Part shown: positions 25,947 to 36,400 of the stretch, piece by piece
Layout of the letters: each line of letters begins with the position of its first letter
Position numbering within the stretch: position 1 is the first letter of the stretch
Assembly (NCBI RefSeq): GCF_018977255.1
Contig: NW_024704751.1
Location: 14,198,001-14,262,000, forward strand
Reading direction: 5' to 3'
DNA: 64,000 nucleotides
Source: Callorhinchus milii
Lineage: Eukaryota
The notes under the pieces: generated by a model
The model's database searches: none
The model's input: the letters and a program-made list of their open reading frames with translations, nothing else
What the model was told of the DNA's origin: nothing
Made by a program: the position numbers and the translations under genes

Positions 25947-26420
25947 GGAAACCTGGAGTACTTTCTGGGAGTAATAAACCCTCCACACGCACAAAATTTA
26001 GTCACTGAATCCATGACTGTTTGTGGGACAATTCTGTGCGCGATTGTCTGCTGCGTTTCGCCCACATATAGAACACATAGTCACAACGCAATATATCCTG
26101 TGAAGCGCTTTGAGACGTCTCAACGACCTAAAAAGGCGTTGTATCAAATGCAAAGATTATTATTATTTATTGAGATATCTCGACTCAAATTGCCAGCGCA
26201 AAGAAATCCGAATTCAGTGCTCAAACGAGGTTTGACTGAGACGTGTTACCATGGAGCGTCACAAAGGGTTGAATGACGCAGTCCTTTACCTCACAATCAT
26301 TTAGACTGTATTTTACTGTCAGTTGCATTGTGTCGGGGGCAGTTTGTGTTTAGCACTGGGGGTAACGCCGGTTGTCAAATGCTTAGTTAATTTTGCGCGA
26401 GTGTGTGTGCGCAAAAAAAA

Positions 26421-28225
26421 ATGGTTAGATTAGCTTCCGATTTATTCTCTTCCAAGTGTCCCTCTAATCCCAACCGATGCGAGGCTTCGGAATCCACCAC
26501 CTGGTGCCGAATCCGTATGGAAAACATCCCAAATGATTTCACCAGCTCGGAATGCAGTTCGCCTCCCAACTCGTCCGATTCCTTGGGGGCAGGCGACTCC
26601 GACTCAGAGACTTTAAATAACTTGACAGCGACTGCCATCCTCATCACCTGTTTAGTAACCCTGGTATCTATCATCCTCTACATGCTCATGAGGCAGAATA
26701 TTCACTCTCTATTCAAGGTTAGCTCCTCGAAGAATGGGTAGCAGCTGGAAATCTCTCTCTGCTAGGAGCGAAGAAGCTTGGTCCTGGCATTATATTATTC
26801 CTCACCACACAAATATTTTGATGTCAAGATCCTCACACTCGTTTTCAAGTCCCTTCACGTCCTGGCACCTCCCTACCTCTCCAACCCACGACCCGCTGCT
26901 TCCACTCGACTGGCTCCAGCCTCCTCCGTGTTCCTTGTGCCCTCCGGTCCACTATGGGTGGCCGCGCTTTCAGCCGCTACGCTCCAAAACTCACGAACAC
27001 TCTTCCTCTATTCCCCCCCCACCTTGCCCCTTCCTTTGCCATCTTCGGGTTGTGCCTGAAGATCTTCCTCTTCGATCCTTCCTACGGTCACCTCCCCCTT
27101 CCTTCCAGCTTGACACCGTGCTCCGCTGTTGACAAGAGCTCTGGGACGCTGGCCTGGGTGAGGGGCGCTCCATAAATGCAAGTTGTTGTTATTTATTTAT
27201 TGCTTTGCATGGAGGGTAATTAGTGATTGGAACAATTCCCAATCTCCCACCCCCCACCTCCCACCCCCACCCCCTATGCCCAAATGTGCCCCTCATAGCG
27301 CCCTTGTCTCTGGGTCAGAAGGCTGTGAGTTCAAACCCCATACCTCACAACCTGAGATCACAGCCCAGTCTGACCAGTGCTGAAAGACCCACTGCGTTGT
27401 CACAGGTTCCTTCCTTCAGAGGAGACTCTGAACCCTTGGTCCTCCTGCCCAGCCCAGGGGGTGTTAAACAAACATCTGACGCTGTTCAACAGGTGTCTCT
27501 CTCGACGTTCTGGCCGACATTCCCCCCACCCACCCCTCAATTAAGTGGTCACTCACCTAATGGGTGTTTGGGCTCATGTGCCAATTTGCAAACCTTGCAA
27601 TTGCCGAAAGATACAGTCACTACACTTTACAGTAGTTACCTGTTCTAGGCATTTGCCCACAAAATACACAGTCACTACACTTTACAATATATCCTGTGAA
27701 GCACTTGCAGGCGTCTCAACGACGTGATAAGGCGCCATATCAAATTTAAGGATGTGTTATTAGGCACTACATCGAAATCGAATCCCAAAAGATTATTCCT
27801 AGTTTGTTTTTCTTAGTTGGAGCTTCGATGCAATTCAGAAATCGGTGTGAATTTCTTTTAAGGTTATGACGGATTTAAGAGTTAGTGGTGAGATTGGCAA
27901 TGAAGTTATGCTCTGTCCCCAGAATTTATGCGAAAAGTGCCTGCAGTTTTTGGAAAGAAAATTCGGGATGGACTTGTTATCGGTGAGAGAGGTACAATGT
28001 CTGCGGAGGGCGCTGTGCGTACAAGAGAGGTTGGGGAGGAGGCTACACCAGGTGGAGTGGAAGCTTGGTGCCATGGAAGATACCATCGTTTATCTCGTCG
28101 ATCAAATAGGGCAGCAGAAGAGGCTCCTGAAGCAGAGAGCAAAGTCTTCCCCTCGCTGCAGGGTGATCTGGTATCAGAGCTCCTGCGTGTCTCGGAGAGA
28201 GCCGGAATCACTGCACATACAGTGA
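26421..28225 (+). CDS. TMCO2-like transmembrane/coiled-coil protein, paralogue C (2 exons; 187 aa from ATG 26517 or 219 aa from ATG 26421)
   Basis: Exon 1 ends at 26717 (TM segment ATAILITCLVTLVSIILYMLM, donor AAG|GTTAGC). Exon 2 27863-28225 (acceptor TTTCTTTTAAG, phase 0) encodes RRALCVQERLGRRLHQVEWKLGAMEDTIV. AATAAA at 28282-28287. Confidence 0.7.
26770..27192 (+). mobile_element. L2-type LINE 3' fragment (decayed) in the intron of paralogue C
   Basis: Frameshifted peptides KILTLVFKSLHVLAPPYLS and GGRAFSRYAPKL; tail ATAAATGCAAGTTGTTGTT. Confidence 0.8.
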
Positions 28226-28356
28226 ACGCAAGTCACTTTACTGTCAGAACCCAATGAACCGTTCACTGTCCACTTTGGCCAAATAAAAAAAATTATTAAA
28301 TCAGCGCAGAGTGAATGCTGCTTCTGTTGTGCCTGTCGCCATCATTATAGCAGCAA

Positions 28357-28772
28357 ATAATGAACCTTGCATTTGATATAGCGCCTTATCACATCATTGA
28401 GATGTCTCAAAGCGCTTGACAGGATATATAAAGTGGTGTGACTGTGTATTGTGTGGGCGAAACGCGGTGATAATTTGCGCGCAGCAATGTCCAACAAACA
28501 GTCATGGAGTGAGTGACCAACTTTTTCATTTGGGGAGATTGTTGGCCAGGACACCGGGAGAGAGAAACTCCCTACTCTTTTCAAATAGCGCCGCGGGATC
28601 TTTAAAGTCCACCCGAACAGGCGAACAGGACCTCGGTTTAACGTCTTATCCAAAAGACGGCACCGCTGACAATATAAAGCCCCCCTCCCCCAGCACTGCA
28701 CTGGTGTGTCAGCTTAGACTATGTGATTCCCAAGTCCTGACCTGGGGCTTGAACCCACAACTGTCTGACTCT
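28357..28772 (-). mobile_element. Deu-domain-like SINE carrying the common L2-related tail
   Basis: TTGGCCAGGACACCGGG...GGGATCTTTAAAGTCCACCCGAACAG...CCTCGGTTTAACGTCTTATCCAAAAGACGGCACC matches the recalled Deu core in reverse complement. Confidence 0.75.
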
Positions 28773-29131
28773 TCACAGGATACACTGTAAAGTGGATTTA
28801 TATCTCCTTCCTTCCTACCTCCCTCCCTCCTTCCCCCCCTCTCTCTCTCTCTCTCTCTCTGTATATCCATCCATCTATTGGGATGATGTGAAATGCGCTA
28901 TACAAATGTAATTGTTGTGTTTTTTTTAATCTCGCGATCTTTTTCTGTCCGTCAATCAATTCAATCAATCAATCAATCAATCAATCACTCAATCCATGAC
29001 ATCCCTGTCTATGTGTGCGCTGGTTCCTGCTCTTTGTTGCTTGCTGGGTTTGCTCCCACCCCCAATGCTGCTGCCTTGCCCAGTGCCCTGGTGATCGGCT
29101 TGTTGTAGTTACACAACCAGGGGCTGGGAAC

Positions 29132-32100
29132 ATGGACGACTTTCAGCCTGGGGAAGAGCAGGAAGAGGTACTGTAGCCTTTTCACACATTCCTGGCATCT
29201 CCCAGCGCTGTCTTGGGGCTGATCAGACCTTCCGCGAAGCTCCCTGCTCTGTGTGTGTGTGTGTGTGTGTGTCTGTCTCTCTCCTTTGTCCATTTCCTTT
29301 GTCCATTTGCCACGTTGCAGGATTTTATTCTCTGGGGATTTAAACAGCATAAAAAATACATTTAAAAAAAACCCCAGCATTGCAATGATTTGCAATAAAT
29401 ATATATTTTGCGTGTTCTTTTAAAAAAAACTTGGCTGCAAATTTTTTGCCCAGCAAACACCCAGAGGTTTCCTTCTGTTTGTATGTAGTTTCTCCCTTTC
29501 CTTTACTCCTAGGGTTAGATTAGGGGGGGGGGGGGGGAGGGGGAGAGGGAAGAGTCTATCAAAAAGCTTTGATCGAGCCCTTTCCTTATTAATATTGGCG
29601 TCAGTTTGAGTACAGAGGCAAGATGTGCAATACCGAGAAACCCTTTTTAATTTCATCTCAATAAGCTCTTATATAATTAAAGACCTTTTATTATCCCGAG
29701 CTGCTTTCTTCCTCATTGTCCATCACTAATCCCCTTTCTTCCCTCCCCCCTCCAAAGCTGTCATCATTTAATTGCATTGAACTAGTTAGCCATCTCCAGG
29801 CTCGGAGGGGTGTGCTGCGTTGAGCGAGATGGTGTAACACATCACACAGCAGTCAGACCAATTTGCAAGGGACCACCAATAGCAGAAATGCCAAGGCCAA
29901 TTAAAATGCTTGGCCAAATATTCCCCCCCCTCCCCCCCACCGCCCCCAAGATAAAATTGGTCACTTGCTTCAGGGCTGTTTGCTGGGACGTCGCCTTGTG
30001 CAAACTGGCTGCCGTGTTAGCCCGTAAAACACAGGCACCCACCACCCCCCCCCCCCCACTTTATGCTGAATCCTGTGAAGCGCTTTGAGACATTCCTCCC
30101 GATGTGCAGAGGCTTTACACCAGATGTAAGGATGAGAAATGCAAGTTTGCTAAAACAAAGGAGCGTTAAGTAGAAAACTTTTATATATGTGTATATATGT
30201 GTATAAATCCCAAGTGAATTTCTTAACAAAGCCGTTTCCAACGAGGTTAAGAACTCTCAAATCACCTCTACTACGACGTGTTTTCTTTACGCAGCTGCTT
30301 TTGGTCTCTTTTTCAGAATGCCTTTGTTGTTGACGATATCAGCACCATCATCAAAGAAGTGAGTACATTATTCTGGATCTCATTTTTCTAATTGGATTTT
30401 AGTTTTGTCCCGGCAACCGTCTGATTTGATTTCTGACGCTGTTCTTTTTTTAATTTCAATCTCGACATTCCCAGGCGGTGGAGAGCACAATTGGAGGGAA
30501 CGCTTACCAGCACAATAAGGTCAACCAATGGACCTCAACCGTGGTGGAGCAATGTTTGAACCAACTCACCAAGTTAGCCAAACCCTTTAAATACATTGGT
30601 GAGTGCTTAATAATATAATATATTATAATAATTTGATACAGCCCCTTATCGCCTCTCTGAGACTTCCCAAAGTGATTCACAGAATATACTGTAAAGTGGA
30701 TTGGACTGTGTTTTGTGGGCGAAAAGCAGTAGCCAATTGCGCACAGCAGTGTCTCAGTCATGGATTGAGTAACTTTTTTTTCAGCAATTATTACCCCGGA
30801 AGGCAATACGCCAATCGGCTAACAACCTAGTTCCTACTTATTGCTAGGTTTGTGGAGTAAGGAAACTTGCCTAAGGTTTCGCCCATCCTGGGAATCGAAT
30901 CCCGTTCCTCTTGCTTGCGAGGCGAGTGCGCTGACCACTACACTACAGCACTTCACTACGTGATGCCTCTATTTCAGTTGCCAGACTCAACAATAATTAT
31001 CTGTGAATTAAATGTGATGCTATAGCAATGAAAAAGCCTTGATTGGGGTAAATAAAGATATGTCCACTCAATAACACTGGAAAAAAAAGGGGAGATCAGA
31101 AGAATCTCTTTATACAGAGCTGTTTTAGAGGACCAAATGCCTCATTATATAATATTTGCTGTCAGTTTTACTGCCAACTGTTCAACAACAATAAATTACG
31201 TTTGTATAGCAACTTTCACATCGGGAGGACATCCCGTGGCGCTGGACAATCGGGGATTTGGATTGGATCAGGAAAGGTGGAGGGCCGGGAAGTAGGGGTA
31301 GGCGGCTTACCGAAGGCACGGTTGAAGAGGAGAATCTTGAAGTAAAGTTCTTAGGACAGTTACGCCTCCAGCTCCTTTAATATTAAAATATTAACCAACA
31401 CTTGGAAGGGTGTAACAACTGCACGAGAACTTTTGACATGTTGACGATTTAAAACAATCCACGTCGATTAATAATTTTAAGGGAAATTTAATTCGAGATT
31501 TGCAGAAAATTCCAATGGTCAGTGAGGTTGTCTCAAGTCGGGTGCTTCAGAATTTCTTTCCAGTCGAGACAGTTCACAGTTCTTGATCAATCCTTCAATA
31601 AAAGCATATCCAGCTCAATGGCAAGGATCAAATCAGCTCAGAAAAAGCTGCCGGGTGGGAGGGCAAAAATGCAAAGAAAAACAGCGTCCGAAAGGTTTTC
31701 CTAATGGCGAACAACACAATATAGGTCTGAGTTTCTGCTGTTTTCAACAGACTCACTTGCCTTTCTTCTAATTTCCAGTGACCTGCGTTATAATGCAAAA
31801 GAACGGAGCAGGCTTGCACACCGCTAGTTCGTGCTTCTGGGACAATTCAGTCGATGGTAAGAAATTATTTTATCGGTCAGTAAGACTTTCACCGCGGTTT
31901 TAATGTGCGGTAAAATTTCCCCTTGTGAAATACAATGTATGTGGTAATGTACACGTAAATACACCAACGCTTGAGCTAAGGGATCCACAGGGAAACATCG
32001 TAACACATATGGGGTCGTGGACATTTTATTGGGTTTGTATCTTAAAAGGCAAAAACACACCTTGTGTTACGTTTTACATCTAAGTGCTGTTAGCATCACC

Positions 32101-32196
32101 TTGACTTGACCGGTTTGTCTTTTAGGGAGTTGCACTGTCAGATGGGAGAACAAGACAATGTATTGCATCATTAGCATCTTTGGCCTCGGTGTGTAG
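29132..32196 (+). CDS. DYNLT1: Dynein light chain Tctex-type 1-like, 116 aa, 5 exons
   Basis: Exons 29132-29167 ([12 protein letters not shown]), 30317-30358, 30475-30598, 31779-31856, 32126-32196; GT-AG, 351 nt. Tctex1 motifs [64 protein letters not shown] at 32472-32477. May be a paralogue rather than the true DYNLT1 orthologue. Confidence 0.9.
30625..30950 (-). mobile_element. tRNA-derived SINE in DYNLT intron 3
   Basis: Same head, body and tail as the other copies. Confidence 0.8.
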
Positions 32197-32597
32197 AAGC
32201 AAAACGCTGGCAAGTGCGAATGGATTCTCACCGGGACCCCTTTTTTGAAAAAAAATGTTAATTTTTCTTCAACTGTGCTCGACGCAAATGTGTCGGAAAA
32301 TGTGAGCGTTGTACGTGTCTACATCAAGACACACGTACACAAGATATGGTGGGTTTCAGTTACAAGAATCGCAAGCACGGCCCCCAAAACACAAAAGAAA
32401 TTGAATTATTCAGTCGCTCGGGAGATCACTGCACTCTAAGTGAGATGAAACGGAGTGGAGAGTCAGTTAAAAATAAAGGGAATGAATACTGCAATTTGGT
32501 CCCTGGTTTTTTGTTTGCTAAATTGAACCACGATCTGATTAAAGAAAAAAGCTACACAGTAGTCAGCTAAGTAGAGGGAGAATCCTATATTTATAAG

Positions 32598-32780
32598 TAC
32601 AGTAAAATCCACACAAGTATGATCTCTATAAGTCGTATAATCAATCACCTAAGTCATACATCTGCCCGAGTCCTTTTCAAGAGTTTATAATACTATGCAA
32701 GTTTGACATAAGTCATACTTTGCATAAGTCATATTCAATGTATGGTCGCAACTGATATGACTTATGTGAAGTTTACAGTA
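32598..32780. mobile_element. Putative Tc1/mariner-pogo type MITE
   Basis: Terminal inverted repeats: left TACAGTAAAATCCACACAAGT vs reverse complement of right end TACTGTAAACTTCACATAAGT (17/21 match), TA at both ends, internal ATAAGTCATA repeats. Confidence 0.55.
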
Positions 32781-33433
32781 CCAATGTAGAAATCTTGCAA
32801 GAAGTCAAACATTTAGAAATTGGCTAAAGCAGAAAAACGCCACCTGCTCTACACGCTCCGACTTTCTAAACTATTCTTTTAACCCAATGCTGTCAAGACG
32901 GTCAATCGATTTTAGCGGAGGAGGATAAATGCATTCATTCAACCTAAAATGGGCCAGGACACGCTTTTGCTGGAACAAAAAGAGTATTTAATGAGTAGAC
33001 TGGTGCTAACGTCGTATTGATCCCCGTGGATATCTAGGTGAACTTTTTTTTAATAGAAAAAAATCATTACAATTTATGATACAAATCCATCAATACAATG
33101 CCTTGTGAAAAATCGCCATTTAATTGACCAAGTGTACTATTCTCAAAACCCATACATAAAGGAGATGTAGTGTACATTATTACAGAAGAGCACCAGTTTT
33201 GTGCACATTCAAGTTCTTTTTCCGTGAGAACTACTAATCCCCCATAAGTACCCTAATACTTGTTCAGATTACACACGTCATGCACAAAACCAGAACAAAC
33301 TAAGGGTTCGTTTTCCCAAGTGGAAGCCCCCAGTTGTGTTCGCTTTTGTATACTCTGCAGCACTTGTCAACACTCTATATAGGTTACAGTATAGTGATTT
33401 CTGGTTTGCAAAATAAGATTTACAAATAGTACT

Positions 33434-36400
33434 TTAGGAACTCCCCACACAGAGCTCGTCGCTCTTTTTCGTGGGGAACAGTTCGATCAGGGGAGTGGAG
33501 AACTCGGACCTTTCCAGGACGACCACTGGCCGCAGAAAGTGCAGCTGCTTTAAGGCGAGATCTCCGCAGTCTGTCAGTGCCTTGTCCAATATAGTCCTCA
33601 AGTTCTCCAGAGTAGGCGACTGCCCTGGCGAGATGAGAGGCTGGATTGCCGTGAAGGTGCTGTGCACGGCGGTGTCTGCGTTGAACTCGCCGTAGCCTTC
33701 CTTCCCGGATCCTCTCAATCCAGAGTCGATCCGGCTCTCGTTTTGCGGAGTGTTTGATCTGCAGCGTTTGGTGGGCTCCCAGTGCCACGATTCATCGACC
33801 TCCGGCTCGGTCTCCTCGCTCTCTTGGATAAACTTCAGAAACGAGGCTTCGAAGCCGATGGGTTTGTAGGTCGTCAAGTCGAACGGTTTGGGCGGAGGGT
33901 CTGCGCTGTCCTGGAGATTGCCGGTGCCGAACAGCGAGTCCTGCGTCACGGCAGAATACACGCAGGGGTCGGTTCTCTGCGGTTGTCCCTCGGTTTCGGA
34001 TTTCCTTTTCTGAGGCTGCTTCAGCTTCACGAAGAGCGAGCCGTTCTGGTTCCCGCTCTGTTTCACCAGGTTGGTGAGTATCCCTCCGTTTTTAGGCAGA
34101 AACACCTGGTTCGCATCGTTCTCTTTGAAGCTCGGGCCCCAGTTTGTCACCCCGGTGGCGCTGGCGTTGACGGCCTTACCGGGAAAGCCTCCGCCGCAGC
34201 TCGGGCTGTTCCCGTTTCCCACGCTGCAGCTATGCAGCGGCTGCCCGTGACCTCCCGCGTCAGGTTCGTTCTTGATCTCCAGCTTCAGGGGAACTTCGCC
34301 GTTCTGTTGCCTGAGAACGCTGCAGCTGGGAGTCTCCTCGTTTGGTTCGGACAGGACTTTTTTCGGAAGCGTCAGCGGATCGGATCCCAGCTTCTCGCGG
34401 AGTGTGGCGTCGGGGTATTTCTTGCAGACCAGGAGACAACTGCAGTTCTGATTGATGTACGTAGCCGTCATTTTGTGCTGCGTCTTGTAGTGCCTCACGG
34501 CGCTGTGCCGGCTCAGCACCACCGATCGACACCCGAGGACCATGCAGGGAAACTGATCCCTCAGCAGCTCGGTCTTACAGATCGCAAAGCCGTGCTCTTT
34601 ACTCTTGAGCACAAAATGCTGCTTGCGCGACCGCCTCGAGTCCTTCTCGTGCCTGGGACACTCGGAGGCGAGCGCAGATGGGCCCCGGTCGCAAGCCTCG
34701 TCCTGCGCTGCAGAGTCACACGAGTCGTCGGGATAAGCGCCCGGCCTGAACCTCCCCGGATCGCCGTCGGAGCGGCGCTTCCTGCGACGGCGCCCGAAAC
34801 TCGACCGGGGTTTTCGGCCTCTGCTGTCGTATTCGAAATCGGACTTGTCCTTCGGAGACGAGTCGTACGTGTCGTCCTCATCGTCTGTGAGCTGCTCCTC
34901 GTCGCTCTGGAAGTCGGGGTCGGCCCTTTCCGTCGAGTCGCAAGTGTCCTCGTCGGTCAGGTGCGCCGGGTTGAAGATTTTCAACCGAGGCTCAGCTTTG
35001 GAGGCGCCTTCAGCTTTAACGTCATCCCCTTGAAAGTCAGGCTCCAGGTCGTACCAATTGTTCTTGCGGGGTCTCAGTAGTATGGACTTGTAATGGTTTT
35101 TGTGCTGCCTCTGCACGTGCCGCAGGTAGCTGGAGCGGATGGAGTAGGTGCGACTGCAACCGTCGATGCTGCACTTGAATTGCAGGCCGAGCTCCCGCTT
35201 CACTTGATAATCCACGTCGTGCGCCTGCTGTAAATGGCGGCGGAGGTCGCTGTAGGCGTTGAACGAGGAGATGCAGTCGGGCTGGTTGCACGGGTGCTTT
35301 CGACGCTCAACTCCCGGAAGACTGTGGATTTCACTGTAGTGCCTCAGGAGGACTCGAGGATACTGGAAGCGTTTGGTGCAGCCTTCGATCTTGCACTTGA
35401 AGATCTTCTTGACTTTGGCGTTGTCTTTCTTGGCGCTCCCCTGCTCGGCCTCCAGACACATCTGCTCCCGGTTGTACTGGTGGACGGTCTGGTAGTGGCG
35501 GATCAGGTTCGGCTGGCCCGTGAAGGCCGCCGTGCAGCCCTTGTGGATGCAATGGTACGGTTTGTGATACTTATTCAGCATGTAGCACAGGTTGGTTTTC
35601 GCGCCGACTCTCCTGCTGCCTCTGCCCTCCTCCTTGAACTCGGAATCGTCAGCGCTGTCCAGCGGGACCGAGCCGGTCTCTGGGCTCCCGTTCAGGTGCA
35701 TCTCCTCGGACTTCAAAGATTCCGTGGACTCGGAAGATTCCAGCTCGGTGGTAAACGATTCGTTCGTCGTGTTCTCGGAATCGCTTCCGCTCTGGCGCCA
35801 GTCTCCGCATTCCATGCTGTGTCGCGCATTCTCCTCCACCCCCAATAAAGCATAGTCTTTAGACTGGTAGGTGTTAACCGGGTGGGAACAACCGCCCTCG
35901 CTCGTGGGGAGCTTTGTATTCTGAGGCAAACAGAGCCTCTCTTCCACTTTCACACCACCCAACAAGGTGCTCGCAGGCAGGCACAGGCTGTTGTTGTTTT
36001 CAGTTTTGATCAGTAAATTTGGTACTGCCAGCTGTTGATTTGCATTGCTAGGAACTGAGATACAGTTTATATAGGATAACTTTGCCTTCATGTCTTCTTT
36101 ACTGAACATGTGCATCTGTTTATAGTGAGTTCTAAGGTTCGTTTTTCTGGTGAACGTTCTTAGGCAGATGTGGCATTTGAAGGGCGCAAACCTGAGTTGA
36201 AAGCGGTTTAACTGAAGAACCTTGTCCCGGGCGTATTTGTGGGTTTTTACATAATGGTTGACGAGGCCATCTTTGGTCATTGCCTTAAAGACACACCCTT
36301 CGTGGTCGCAGACAAATGGCTTAATGATTCCCGAGCCCTCGTTCGAAAGGTCGCTTTGGGAATTGTGGGAAGAAGCGTTCGTGGGAGGTGCTGGAAGAGA

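Noticed and set aside
27817-27862. Alternative acceptor TTTTTCTTAG for paralogue C exon 2
   Set aside because: It leads to a TAA after 14 codons; the 27863 acceptor keeps the coiled-coil frame. It could still be a minor isoform.
33782-35080. 432-aa plus-strand ORF antisense to RLF (also 35234-35848 and 37235-37747)
   Set aside because: Antisense shadows of a GC-rich coding exon; no recognisable domain or independent gene signals.
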